Assembly: GCF_036321535.1 (NCBI RefSeq)
Contig: NC_087437.1
Location: 79,300,001-79,364,000, forward strand
DNA length: 64,000 nt
From: Camelus dromedarius
Taxonomy: Eukaryota
Reading direction: 5' to 3'
Shown piece by piece: positions 24,776 to 38,050 of this stretch (positions are counted from its first letter, which is position 1; each line of letters begins with the position of its first letter). The position numbers and the translations under genes were made by a program. The notes beneath the pieces are model-generated. The model ran no database searches and was not told where the DNA came from. It saw only the letters and a program-made list of their open reading frames with translations.

Positions 24776-26316
24776 ATCTCTCTGGCACTGTGGCTTATGG
24801 AGTATCAGTTATCTATTGTGGTCCTTAAAGGAGTTTATTTATTTATCTATCTAATGCCTATGTAGGAATAAATCTTAAAAAATAAAAAAAGGAGAGCTTG
24901 AGAAAGAGAATTTTAAAAGAAGGGAGAAAAAAAGGTTTGAAAACAGTGTATAATCAATTATAGAAGCGAAATTTGAATCGGACTAGCTTTCAAATTGAGA
25001 CATCTTTTTTTCCCTAAAAACCCTTAAAAAAAAAAAGGAGAAAAGATCTAAAAACGATATTTGAAACCTATTTATAATCAATAACAGGAGATCAAAACCA
25101 AGAGAGAGAAAAATGACACCATGTGGATTTTTTAAAATACTAATAATATTTTAAAAGAAAAATTGTAAAGGGATTAAAACTGGGAGGATATATAATTGTT
25201 GAAAACATAAAAATTAAAAAGGTAATAGAAAATACAACAGGTAGAAACAGATTTTTAAAAAAGGGGGGGAGGGGGTGTTCTCCTGGAGACCGTGTGCTCT
25301 TAATGAGAAGTCTTTCTGTCTTCACCCTGTTTTGTGAGCTCGGCTTGCTGTTTCCAGAGGCCCTCCGTCTCCATCCTCGTCTGTGCTGTTCCCAGTGCCT
25401 GTCGGCAAGCAGATCGCAGCCCCTCCCAGCACAGCGTTCCTGCTGGAAAGGCTGGGGGCCACCCGCTGTCTCCTGGAGCGAGTCACTCCATGGTTCCGGC
25501 CCGTCAGCGCTCCGCAGGCGGGCCCGCTAAGACCACGGAACAGCCCCGCCCCTGCTCCATGACTCAGGTTACAAACACATAACCGTTTGGCCTTTGAGGC
25601 TGCCGATCCCCTAGATGCAAATTCATGTTTCACCCCCGCCTCCACCTGGGTGCCAAGCACCGGAGGGTATGGTGGCTGCGTCTGAGCCCCGCCTCTCCTC
25701 GCTGAAAACCTTCCGTGGATTTTCAGAGATGGGGATATGAACCCTTCCCGCCAGGGCGCATCAGCCGTGCTGTTTCATGGAGGGCCCAGGTTGTTCTGCC
25801 CTGTGCACCCACTCATCCACGTTGCGTAGCCCCTGCAGTCCCCCGGGGCTGCCTCAGTGCAGCCGTCCCCATCCTCCGCCCAGCTCGGGCAGCCTGTCCT
25901 GGCTCCCAGCTCGGGTCTCGGGCTGGGTGTCGCAGGGACCCTCTGTGCTCCTTTAACTAAGTTCTGTCGGTCAAGGTCAAGGGCTGCTCCGTACAGATCT
26001 GAGCCTCGGAGGCTCCCCCTCTGTCCCACTGGCCTCGCCATTGGAGAGGGGGAGACCCAGCGAACAAGCGCCAGTTCTCCTTTGCTGCTCCCTCCCCGCG
26101 GGACCAGTCCCGCACTGTTTTGCCTTTTCGTCTTTCTTTTTTTCCTTTCTCCTACCAGATTTTTGGCATCTTTGTCTTTTGAAGGGGACAATGTTCTGTC
26201 AGAGTTCCACAGGTGCTCTGGTTGGCTGAGTGGGTCCGTGGATGTGAGTCTTGGTGTATCTATGGGAGAGGGTGAGCTACGAGCGTCCTAGTACTCTGCC
26301 ATCTTGGCCTCGTCTC
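24776..26316 (-). promoter_or_regulatory. L1 5'UTR/internal promoter: CpG-rich 25290-26316, YY1 core AAGATGGC at 26298-26305, U-rich block about 24830-25270
   Basis: This is the only CpG-island-like stretch in the window. The YY1 motif lies about 12 nt inside the 5' terminus, as in mammalian L1 promoters. Confidence 0.85.
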
Positions 26317-26960
26317 TATCACTTCTGAATTTCAGAACCAAATATCCAGCTGCTTACTCAACACTTACCATTGAAATGTCCAATACAGATCTCAGACTTA
26401 GTATGTCCAAAACTGACTTCTTTTCAGAACTACTCCACCTCAGTTAAAATAACTCTATTCTAGTTGCTTGGGCCAAAACACTGGTGCCAAGTTCAAGTTC
26501 TCCCTAAGTCTCTAATTTCAGTTTGATCAGTCAGAAATCCTACTTACTTTACCTTTAATACATCCAGAATTCCATCACTTCGAATGAGACTTCTCTCACC
26601 AGCTTGGTCAAAATCACCAGCATCCCTCACTTTCTAACTGGCTTCTTGCAGGTTATCTTCAATATAGCAACCAGAATAATCTTCTTTATATGTAAATCTG
26701 ATATTACTCTTCTGGTCTGAATCTCCCAGTGACTTCTCATATCACTGAGGAAAAACCAAAATCCGTATTATGACTTAAAAGGCCCTACATCATATGGTTG
26801 CTCGTACTTCTCCAGCTTTCTCTCCTGTTGTGTTACCCTTCTCTCTCTGTTCACTCTGCCCCAGGCTACTTTGATTTTCTGGCTGTCATTCCCCCCCTCC
26901 CCCCATATTTGGTGAAATACTTTCCTAGGCTCCTCTACTGTAATCTTAAGATTCAAGTTT
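26317..26960 (+). mobile_element. L2, right half
   Basis: Continues the L2 consensus-like sequence (atatccagctgcttactcaac...ctcagacttagtatgtccaaaactga) directly after the second TSD. Confidence 0.8.
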
Positions 26961-28435
26961 GAGAACATTCTCCTTGTATATTCCTATTGTTTGCTTTACT
27001 AGATCTTGAAGAATTCTTTAAGTTGAATGACAGAACTTGATGTGGTACTTCAGCCAAGGCAAACGCACCAGTGCTTCCAGTAAGCAACAGTGCTGCCAAG
27101 GATACAAGCAAGGCAGATGTTAGGAAAGAACTTAAGAATTTTGCTAGTTCCCTTCAGGAATGTCAAAAAAATTGATATGTTTTGTCCTTACTTTCAAGTA
27201 AAGTGTTTGGGAGAAATATAGTAGAACCAGAAGTATGCAGAACTTGAATGAGATGAATACCACAGGAATGTCTAGGTGGCATGGAATTAGAGCCTCTGAT
27301 TATATTTCTTTGATTTTTATCATTATTACATTCTTTATGTAACAGAGCAATTTGAGCTTCATCGAGAACATTTCCTATTATCTTCACCCTATTTTAATGT
27401 GCCTTCTTTATACTAAATCTAAAGGTTGGCAGTTAACAGATTGCCACGCTCCTTTTGAAAAGTATGTTAAGAAATAGACATTGAGTTGTTGAGCTAAGAA
27501 ATTCAGCATGCTGCCTTTATGCATCTCTGATAACCAAATAACATGCTTTCATTTTCCCCACAAATGATGTCAGTTCAAAATTATAAATTCTTGCCACTAA
27601 ATTCTTAACTGATCACTTAAAAATGAAGCCGTCAGAAAAATACAGCTAATAAAATGAATTCACAAATTCTTTAAGCTCTAAATTAATCCAAGGATTTTAT
27701 AATTTACTATAAATGCTGCAAAAACTAGGGTAAGTACAGGGTAAATTAGACATGTGGAGCCAAGGAATAACTATGGGAAATATTTAAAAAATAATAAAAC
27801 TCCAAAATCTGTGTGTTTGATGAGTGATTGCTTTTTCCTGCCCCACTTTAGCATTTGCATCTGCATAAAATCAAGGTGTTGCAGGAAAATTTATTTGTGG
27901 AGAAAATAAGTATCTATACCAAATGGAAGCCTACCTCCACTGTTCACAGCACGAACAGTGTTTCCTTCATAATCTTCCTCCACTCCTGGACAACTTGTAC
28001 AATAACTAGCAGTTAGCTTTTTAAAAAAATCTATGCTTAACCTCTGGTATTTAGAACAAAGCAAATCTTTGGAAGGTTGCACTGTATCCCATATAAAAAC
28101 TTTGTGTTATATTCTCCCTATTCATAATTCTAGAAACACACAGTGGGTGTGGTATATATACACATAAGACTCTTAAGTGTGCCAAAGTGGTTAGCTTGCA
28201 CACTTACATCTCCATTACATGATTAAAGAAGTTTAAACTAAGCAATATCAAAGTCTCTCTGCTCTCCCAGACAGGTATGCATTAAGCAAGATGTTGTTAT
28301 CCACAATCACTGTAAAGGCCCTTCTGACATGTAAGCTCCAAAGGCCTGTCTTCTGAAACTCAAAGCCCTCAACTACACCTTTATCTGACAACCATGTCTC
28401 ATCTTCTGCCTGTCAGGAAACAGTCATCCATTGCT

Positions 28436-28887
28436 TGTATTAGTCCAATTCTCCAAGAAGCAGATCTCAAGACAGGAGGAAGAACCAAAGGATTTATTAG
28501 GTGAAAGTATGTCAAAAAAAAAAAAGAGGGGGAATTGAGCCAGGAGCCTTCTGTCTGCAATATAGGTCTGACTCTTGTGAAAGAGACAGGGGATGGAGAA
28601 AGCTTCTTAGATGGCAGCTTGGACTATGAATATTCAGCAGGGCTGATGGAGCCTCTCCAAAGTCAAAATCTGTCATCAGGGCTGTCCCTCATTTCTCAGG
28701 AATGTGTCCATCTTAGTATCCCCGCCATGCTCAGTTACTGCTTGACAGCAGCCGGTGGGAAGTGGGTCCTCAACATGAACACAATGATGGATTTCAGGGC
28801 ACAGTAGTTGGGGTAGTCAGTCAATAGGCTTGCCACAGTCAGAGATGTAAGAAGTACATTTTCCCCGTGGTACATGCCAGTACCACA
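28436..28887 (-). mobile_element. ERVL solo LTR (LTR16-like)
   Basis: Termini tgtattagtc...taccaca, with internal LTR16-like blocks (aagcagatctcaagacagga, cttagtatccccgccatgctcagt). Confidence 0.65.
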
Positions 28888-28964
28888 GAATTTCATGAGA
28901 GCTAAACCAGTTTTTGTTTTTGCTTTTTTTTTTCTATCCAAGAGAACACTATGCTGTAATGATA

Positions 28965-29045
28965 GTTAGCTGGATAGATAGATGGTAGATTACATAGCTA
29001 GATGATTGATAGGTAGGTAGGTAGGTAGGTAAATAGACAGACAGA
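28965..29045. repeat. Degenerate (GATA/GGTA)n tetranucleotide repeat
   Basis: gatagatagatggtagat...gataggtaggtaggtaggtaggta. Confidence 0.85.
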
Positions 29046-30772
29046 TTTAAAGTGTCTCTCTCTCTTGCCAGAATCCCCCATCAATAACAGCTTGGAGAAA
29101 ACCCATTTGTCACTAACAGAGCTGACAACTGTCTGTACCCTATTGGAGCTAATTGTATCAACAATCTCCTCAGTAACCCAGGACACCCCTGAGCCTTTAA
29201 AATACAGGTGTGGTAGTTGACATTTTCCTGAATAGTGTTATTGTATAAGTGAAATCACCAGACCCTAAGTCGGAGAAACTCAAAATCCTTCTCCCCACCC
29301 AGCCTCCTCCAGGCTTTTCCTATTAGCCAAAGTCTTCTCAGCTGCAGTGCCCCTGGAGCACTTTCCAGGTGTCTTTCCAGATTCTGGCCTCTCCCAGACT
29401 GCAATGTTGTAAGTGATAGTGAGGTACTCATTCAATTTCCAAACAATATCAGCTTTCTGGCTTATAAACTAATAATGCCTATGATTTTATACATCAGGTT
29501 TGTAGAAATATTTTAATATTTTTATAAAAATGTTTCACAAATGATATCAATCACTGATTAAGTGGTTTATGTATAATTGTTTATATGTAGATTGTGACTA
29601 TTATTTGTTAGTAATACTACGAATAGCAAATGTTCTACAAAACATGTATGTTTTGTTACAAGGCATATTTTCTGGAATCATTTCAAGGCTGGAGCATGTC
29701 AAGTGTTGTAACTTGCTTTCCTTTATTAATCACAGAAGGAGTAAGCACAGAATAAAGCTAAAGGTCATAGCTGAGTATCAAAACTCACCTGGTAGAAAAT
29801 GCCATGTACATAGACACAATCCCAGTGAATATAAAATTTGCTTCTAAGGGTGAGCCTTTATTATCCCAGTCTAAAAAAATGTTTGCAATCGTTGACTTTT
29901 ATTAGAAGTCATACCCTGAATGTTATACCTATTCTCTGTACAGTCTACCATTAGGTTGATACATAACTACTCTTAGTTACATTTTTATTAATTAAATGTA
30001 TCCATATATATGGAACCCATATGCCATTTTCTTGGAAGAAGTCTCTCTTTGTGTCCTATGTCTAAAGGTCAACTGTGATTGGAGAATGTTGGCTTTGGAT
30101 GTACCTTACTACCCTAACAATCTGCTCTTGGCATTAATTCCCTCTCTATATGCTCCACAACTCATCCCCGTGTAGTGGAATCAGGAAGAAGGAAGGATTG
30201 TTCATCTTCTGCTTCGTATCTTTAGTAACAAGGAATTCCTTACCATGTTTCCATTTCTATTGTTTTTTTCACATTGTGCTTTTTCCTTTACCTGAAATCC
30301 TTCATTTTCATTCATACGACTTAATCCCATTTTCTGGTATTAGAGAAAGAGAAAAGTGGTTGTTTCCATACGGCAGCCTTATTAGGTACCTGAAAGGTCT
30401 TTATATCTCCTTTAAATATTTCTTTTAACATAAAAGGCAATTTCAATTCTTTCTACCATTCCTTATGTGGCAATTTCTACACTAGTTATTATTCCCTTAA
30501 AAATTTTATAAATGAATTCTAGTTTTCCCGTTTGAAAGTGCCTCATCTGGATGAGTACTATGACTTCAAGAATGCAGGAATTGAATTTGAGACAGAAAAA
30601 ATGTGTTCTAAGTGCTGGTCACTACTGGGCTGTCCACACTTGAATAATTTTATGACTAGTTAGACTATGTTGAGTATGGGTAATTCTAGATTGGACAAAA
30701 GAAGCAGTTTAGCCCAAACTATCAAAAATAGTATAATCAGAAGAGATCGAGTGTGATCAGCGTGATAAAGCC

Positions 30773-30900
30773 ACAACCTGTAATGAAAAGAAATATGTGT
30801 GTGTATATGGATGACTGAAACGTTGTGCTGTACACCAGAAGTTAACACAACATTGTTAACTGACTATACTTCAATTTAAAAAAAAAAGAAAGAAAAAAAG
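30773..30900 (+). mobile_element. Short 5'-truncated lineage L1 3' end with poly(A)
   Basis: atgactgaaacgttgtgctgtacaccagaa...tgactatacttcaatttaaaaaaaaaag. Confidence 0.85.
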
Positions 30901-31209
30901 GATAAGATTCTAACAGATCCAGAGAGCTCTATGATATCCAGTGACCATCACATTATTTAAAAAAAAAAACAAAAAAATAACCTAACATAATCAGGAGGGG
31001 AATAGAAATCATAGCTGTGGAAGGAGGCCAATGACTAACCAGGTTAAAGCATTAGAATAATACACTGTAGGAAAAGGATTTGTAAAGTCACAAATGAGAA
31101 AGGCTCTGAAGAATTCATAGGAATCAGAGGTGCCTCAGGACAGGGAATCCTTAGTGTCTGCTTTGTGTGGAACTTGCTGTAGGGCCCCAAGCACACCTAC
31201 AAGAAGAAA

Positions 31210-31860
31210 AGTGCTGTTTGTGAATGTCCCAATTTGGGAGGCTTTGTGTTACGAACTTTCACATATATTAACTTATTTAACCTTTACAACACTTACAAGG
31301 TAGGTATTTCTTATCTCCATTCACATGTGAGATTACAGAAGCACCTAAGTTTACACATCCAGCCCAAAGTCACAGATTTAATAAGTACCTTGCTCCAAAT
31401 TCCACAAATGCACCTGAATCTATGTGATGTCCTAGGGGTTATATTGAAAAGAGACTGATGACAAGAAATTAAAAGTAAAGAAGTAATCATGGCTGAAGAA
31501 GAGTCAAAAGGATAGCTCAAGTTTGATCAATAGACATCAAAGGGTTATTTTGGGGAATGCTTACCTATTTTTTTTTTCAAATCCACTAAGAATAAAATAT
31601 ATAAACAGAGTATAAGTAATAGTAGAGAAGACTTGAAACAGCCAGATAATAAAAATATAATTTATTGAGCAACCACCATTTAGGCAGTGTGTTGCTAGGT
31701 GTTTGTACAAAACATCTCACTCTCTAAAGTAAATACTACCATCATTTTATGGAGGAGAAATGGACCCTTAGACAACTGATTCAGGTTCTCAAGATACACA
31801 CTTATAAGTGATGAAGGCGAGACTGGAATTATAATCTATATAATCCAAATATTTGTGGTA
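31210..31860 (-). mobile_element. Two degenerate MIR fragments (about 31210-31430 and 31650-31860)
   Basis: MIR reverse-core motifs (acttatttaacctttacaacac...gtaggtattt; tttattgagcaaccacc...atcattttatggaggagaaa). Confidence 0.5.
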
Positions 31861-34800
31861 AGATTACTATGCAATGACAAAATTTCTGAAAACACTCCCA
31901 GAAAATACACATGTCAATATATCAGTAATGATATATAAAATTAGAAATTTCATGTCTTTAAAACTCCCTGGGACCTCTTTAAGTTTCATTATTTTCTTAT
32001 TCTAGGAATCTCCTCTTGATTGGCAATTGTGTTCCAAAAATGATCACAGAAATTGAAAGTTACAAATTAGAATTTGGAAGTTATAAATTATGTATGAAAA
32101 ATGAATTAGGCTATTTAAGTTCTGTTTAATATATGCTACATAAGAAAAAAAGACTGTGTTAGCCTTAATCATAATAGAATCTGGTAGATACATAAAATAA
32201 CGCTAAGAGAAAATTTATAGGACTCAAGCAGAGTAATTTTCTCACATAAATTAATGCCAGGCAGTCATCTAGCCAATATAACAGATTAGACCTCTGGGAG
32301 TTGGAAGATAAAATATCAATTTTATCTCAGGGAATGAGGGAAAATCCAAGTAGGAAATGATGTCAAATGAAATAAATTTAAATCAAAAGGATTGTAGCAA
32401 AAACACACAAAAAAGATTAATATATCACTTTTTAAGGTTTGATATTCAAAAACCTTGACTATCTGGAATATGACTGGAATCCAGAATAAAACACAAAAAA
32501 ATTCCTCTTAGCAATAAACTAATGCACAAACTTCTTGTGGTTAACTCTTAGATGAGATTTTCAAAGATAATTTTGCACACAATTCTACGAAGGCAAATAT
32601 CTCTTTTCGCAGGCCAGAGCGTGTGGCACGGGGCAAATTAGTGGGTGCAGGAAGAAGCAGTTTTAAAGCAGTTGTAAGAAGTGAAAAATCTACTGCCTGA
32701 AATTGAAGTGACAAAATAAATACCTGTTTAAACATGAAAGAACTTTGTGAAGCACATCCATTTATTGTAGGGCAAATGGTTCTAGATTCCGCAGTAGGCT
32801 GTGAAAATTCATAGGTGCAACAGTTTAAGGCAATGTGCTCATAGTAGTATCTCTGTGTCATTAGAAAAGGCCAGTTATGCTCAGTAGTTTCTGGTTACAA
32901 AAATAGGAAAACACTTGATGCTTTTAAGAGAGCACACTTTTTGGTTCCCATCAAGAATAGCTAAACAGAAAAGTTAACAACTAAACACCCTCCAGTGCCC
33001 AAATTTGACCTTTAAGAAGACAAGCCTCAGAGTCAGTAAGACAAGTGCTTGGAAGATGAGACATCTTTACAGGAATGTACAACGTGCACACACATATCAA
33101 TAAGTACGAACAAGAGAAGGCGGTGAATGACCCTGAGACGCAAGAGAACATTGTGAGTAATAAATCAGGATTCATCACATTGAGTACTTGACGATTACAT
33201 TTTTCCTACTAGTTTTTTTTTTAAAGAAAAAAAATATCATTTTTTCCTACCTAGGTTCTTTCACATCATTTTAATTTGCCCATTAAAAAAAAAATCACTT
33301 TCTTTTGCACTTACTCACCCGCCTCCCCCACTCCAGTCCTTCTCTAGCTGTAACCGAGCATAAAGAACTCCATGAAGCAAATAGATCTATCTTTTCGGTG
33401 ATCAGCTCTCTGTCAAGCTAGCTGATGCAGTAAATCTCTCAAAAGACAAATTTGTCAGTTGTTACTGAAACAGCATGTGAGTTCTATCCTCAGTGACTCA
33501 ACAAAAACACAAAGAGCTTAGAGAAAAGTTAAAATGTAAAGTTCCCCGTGTAGGCAATGCATTAGAAAGAATCAGGTCAGAGGGGCAAAAACTCAATTAT
33601 AATCCCCCAAATTGAGATGGCAAAAGTCTCAACAGACCCAAATTTCTTGGCTTCTACCACGAGCTACATTTATATTTGAAATGAGTTGAAACTCGAGCTG
33701 AGCTGGCAGCCCAACACCTGCTCCCGCTTTTCCCCTTGGGTAGCTGCAGTAATTACCTACCTCTACCTGCACCAGTTTAGGATCTGTGAAAGGTTGGTCG
33801 TGTAGAGTCAATCATTCCCATGTTCTAAGGTGCCAAATGATCATCTGCTAGTCAGAGCTGCAACACTGCTGGCAGGCAAACCTATCAGGGCATCTCATTT
33901 TTGAGTCTAGTCATGCCCCAATTTTTGCTGGCCGATTTTCCATTTGTTTTCTACAGGATGTACCCTATGGAAAGAAATATAATTTATCTGAACTGTATTT
34001 TCTAAAAATACGCTTTTAAAACAATTTTTACACATGATTACATTTTAGATAAATTTTCAATTAAGGCTTTGAATACAGTCATGGTTTCCACAGAACAAAC
34101 ACATACGCAGTGGAAAGTATTGCTTCTCTTATAAGGACACAATTGTGCCAGCTCTGTGGAACATTTATCAGATTAACCATGGCAGATTTTAATTTATAGT
34201 TCAGACCTCTGCCATAAATCTGTCCTACCTGGGTAAAATCATGAACAGAGGGAGCAGCCAAGTTAGAGCATCACTGTATATCACTGTGAGCAAAGATCTA
34301 AGTGAAAAAAAAAATGATTGAAATTTTGTTTTCAATTATAGACTAAATAACTATAGAAAAAAATCCCTACTTTTTTTCTATTCTGTTAATATTCTTGACT
34401 GGTGAGATACAGTCATTATTTCTCATTAGAGGATGTTTTGCGGCTTATACTGACAATGCAAGCAATTTTTTTTTTTAATCTGGAGAAGAGACAAAAATGG
34501 GCTCAACAGTGTAGAACATACTGTGCATGTAAATAAGGATAAATTGACAGACAGCCTCAGGCTGAAGAGTAGAAAGTTCATGGAGTTCATATTATGTCAC
34601 CTGAAACTTTTTTTGTAAAAGACATACTAATTTTATCTGCTGAGGAGACAAAGAGAATTGGGACTGAATTTAGATACTTGAGGAAAGAGCAATTTATACA
34701 GGAATTTGGCAAAAGGAGAAACACATGACGTTGATCATGAGTTGATCCTTTACAGTCATAACTGTGGTTTGAAGCTCAAGCCTTTGGCTAAAGAACTTGT

Positions 34801-35743
34801 ATTATACCAGTTAACTTTTCATTATTAGATTTATGCAAGCCACCAGTACACTATCTTGTCCATCCTTGGACAGTATAAATATGAATAGATATAGAACTGC
34901 TAATTGATGTAGCTGTAGGGGAGGGATCTCATCACTTGAATATCCAATGTGTCCAGCACTATGCTAAGGACTTTATATTAAATCAATTTAACAGCTCTCC
35001 AAAATGGATATAACTTTATACAACAAATAAACTAAGACCTAGAGCAAGGAATTGGCCTCAAGTTTACATGTCTAATTTAGTAAAAGACACTATTTATGCA
35101 TGTAGAAAAATGTACAAATGGGTAGAATTACATAGGCAGACATTCAAAGAGAATGAAATAGAAAACTCGGCCTATAATACATGGTGGTTCAACTGAACAT
35201 TGCACCTGTCTCTCAGATATCCATTGGTATTAATATTTTCTCTTTAAAATAATGTATTTAAAGAAATTATTAGAAAAATATTTTAAAATACACTCCTTCC
35301 ATTTAAAAAAAAAAACAATTGGCTGCTAAGATGTCATGTGAACTTCAGCCACTTAGGGTTGCATTTACAGAAGAGGAAGAGCAAGGCTCATTTACTGAGC
35401 CATTTGGTGAGGAAGGGATAATTAATTATTGCACTTTAAGCATTTGAAGTGGTTACTGATGAAGTGCTCTCAAATATATGCAGCTAAATAAAAGTTTTAA
35501 ATGTCTAATTAAATTTGAAAACTTTTAGTAAGAACTAAATATATTGGTACTTTTCAGGTTGTGTTTATATAAATAATTTTGATATTTTAATATCCCTATT
35601 CTATTTCATCATTAATTGCAATACTCTATATAGATGAAGATTGTAATTGCTGTGAATATAAATAAAGCATAAATATATGTTTATAGTGTAGACATATAGC
35701 ATAATAAAATATTATAGTATATAACATATCACATACATAGTTT

Positions 35744-36101
35744 TGTTATGGACTGAATGTATCCTAGCCTCCCAAATTGGCATGTTGAAACCCTACCTAT
35801 GAATGTGATAGTACTGGGAGATGGGGCCTTTGGAGTAAGTTAAGATTAGATGAGATCATGAGGGTGGGTGGAGCCCTAATGATGGGATTAGTGCCCTTAT
35901 AAAGGCATCAACCAGAGAGCCAGCTTCCTCTCTCTGCTCTCTGCCAAGTGAGATTACAATGAGAGGACTTTCACCAGATCGCAACCATGCTGACATCCTG
36001 ATCTTGGACTTCCCGCCTTCAGAACTGTGAGAAGTAAATTTCAATAGTTTTTAAGCTACCAGTCTGATATTTCATTATAGCAGCCCAAAGTGACTGAGAC
36101 A
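35744..36101 (+). mobile_element. MLT1A-type MaLR solo LTR
   Basis: TG...CA termini (tgttatggactgaatg...gactgagaca) and a perfect 5-bp TSD AGTTT (35739-35743, 36102-36106). Confidence 0.9.
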
Positions 36102-37039
36102 AGTTTTATATATATATTTTTTATTCAAATGTAAACCAATTGCACTAGGTATGAACTTTGTGAAATATAGCTGGTACTTTAAACAAATGTTTTAACTTTC
36201 ATTAGTTGAAAAAAAATTATTGAGCAGGTTTTCTATTACAAACACTGTGATACAAAAGTTGATAACAGCACTAATACCTGTTTTTAAGGTGGTCGCTGAC
36301 TAGCTGCTACTGAGACAAACGTAAAAATATCATTTGGTGCGAGACGAGCAAAAAGAGAAGTGAGTAATGGAACATGTGGGATGTTTTGCGTAGACAAAAG
36401 CAAAATAATTTAGTTAAAGCATTTTGAATCCGGAGGAGGTAAAAGACAATGGGAGTAGATATGAGTGAATGTCCGTGGGTAAAAGCAGGGAAGAGGAAGA
36501 CTGGAAGTCCATCCTCTCGGCCATTCAGCCATTTCTTCATTCACCAAACATTTCAAATACAAATTGTGCACCAGGCAAGTGTTTTAATAAATTCAAGTTC
36601 AGTGTTTTAATAAATTTGTCCTCAGGTATCATTGTGGGGATTTAAATGAGAAAATAGTTTGATGACATCAACATAAAAGTGAATCAGGCAAAATGAACAA
36701 TTTAGAACAAAACAGGCAGCCTGATAATTGTCTCCATCTCCAAATGTGGCCTCTTCGCTGGACCATCAGAATCAGACAACCTCAGGTTATCACCTTAGTG
36801 CTGTTCCCTATGCCAGTTATGTGAACTCGGATAAGTCATAAGTGATTTATTTTCTGAGTCTCAAGACTTTCATACTTTAAATAGGTTTGATATTTTCCTT
36901 GCCATGATTGTTAATTTGGGATAAAAAAAGTATTTTTAAAACTCACAGAAAAAGGATTAAAGGCTTATTTTCTAAAATTTTATAAAACTGATTTAATTTT
37001 CAGTATGTACACTTACAAAGGGTAACAACATGATATCAC

Positions 37040-37585
37040 TTTTTTTTGTATATATATATTTTTTATTGAAGTATTGTCAGTTTACAATGTTGTGTCAATT
37101 TCTGGTTTAGAGCATAATGCTTCAGTTATACACACACATACATATATTTGTTTTCATATTCTTTTTCACCATAAGTTACTACAGGATTTTGAATATATTC
37201 CCTGTACAGTATGAATTTGTTGTTTATCTATTTTATAGGTATTAGATAGTATCTGCAGATCTTGAACTCCAAATTTATCCCTTCCTTCCTCTTCCCCCCG
37301 GTAACCACAAGTTTGTTTTCTATGTCTGTGAGTCTGTTTGTTTTGTAAGTAAGTTCATTTGTCTTTTTTTTTTTTTTTAGATTCCATATATAAGTGATAT
37401 ATGGTATTTTTCTTTCTCCTGTGGTTTACTTCACTTAGAATGACAATCTCCAGGTCCATCCATGTTGCTGCAATGGTATTGTTTTTTTATTTTTTACGGC
37501 TGAGTAGTATTTCATTGTATAAATATACCCCAACTTCTTTATCCAGTCATCTGCTGATGGATATTTAGGCTGTTTCCATTCTTAG
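37040..37585 (-). mobile_element. 5'-truncated lineage L1 (subfamily distinct from the full-length copy)
   Basis: T-rich tail followed by ttttattgaagtattgtcagtttacaatgttgtgtc..., colinear with 19470-19970. Confidence 0.92.
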
Positions 37586-37749
37586 CCTGAGTTATTTTCA
37601 TTTTTGGCAGTGCTACTGGGACAGACAAGTTATAGAGTTCAGCTGTTCTCCCACCATCATTTCAAACCTCTCTCAGTCTGTTTTGTTCCTGTTGTTGTTA
37701 TTTGTTTGTTTGTTTCTTTTAAGAAAGGAGTTTTGAAAGGGGAAATAAT

Positions 37750-38050
37750 TTCTACTTGAATGGCATATTCAGATAATTCCCAATGTTAAATGTCAATCTG
37801 GAGAGAGGTTTCTTACGAGGTGATTCTGTTCTTCTACTCATTCTTGATGTATTCAATTTGTGTATTGATTGACTTACCTAAGAAACTAGATGGCACATTT
37901 AATAAATGTATGGTCAGAAAAAAGCTGATGGACATAGTAACTTTTATGTAAAAGATTTCAATTCCAGAAGAGATACTAAAAGTTTAGGAGGATGGTCAGA
38001 AGACCAAAAGAAACTAATAACAGAGGTTACATATGCTGTGTATACTTAAC
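37750..38050 (+). mobile_element. CR1/L3 RT fossil
   Basis: Degenerate match, in order, to CR1 RT motifs GSVLGP-LFNIFINDL...LIKFADDTKL...IQ-DL-RL--W. Confidence 0.5.

Larger units (their letters stand above)
19463..26316 (-). mobile_element. Full-length LINE-1 (lineage-specific, probably camelid), inactivated
   Basis: The minus strand carries, in order: 5' end GAGACGAGGCCAAGATGGC, a GC/CpG-rich 5'UTR, ORF1, ORF2 fragments (EN, RT, CCHC) and a 3'UTR with AATAAA (19476-19481). TSD TATCACTT at 19455-19462 and 26317-26324. Confidence 0.97.

Noticed and set aside
25715..26291. ORFs in the L1 5'UTR (144 aa +, 138 aa -, 81 aa +) as ORF0 analogues
   Set aside because: They start with GTG or TTG, and long open frames are expected in GC-rich sequence. 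There is no supporting homology.
37033..37045. Same ATATCACTTTTTT flank at the tails of two L1 insertions (also at 19454-19466)
   Set aside because: Only about 7 informative bases match; the TSD shows it is target DNA in the first case. Most likely coincidence.
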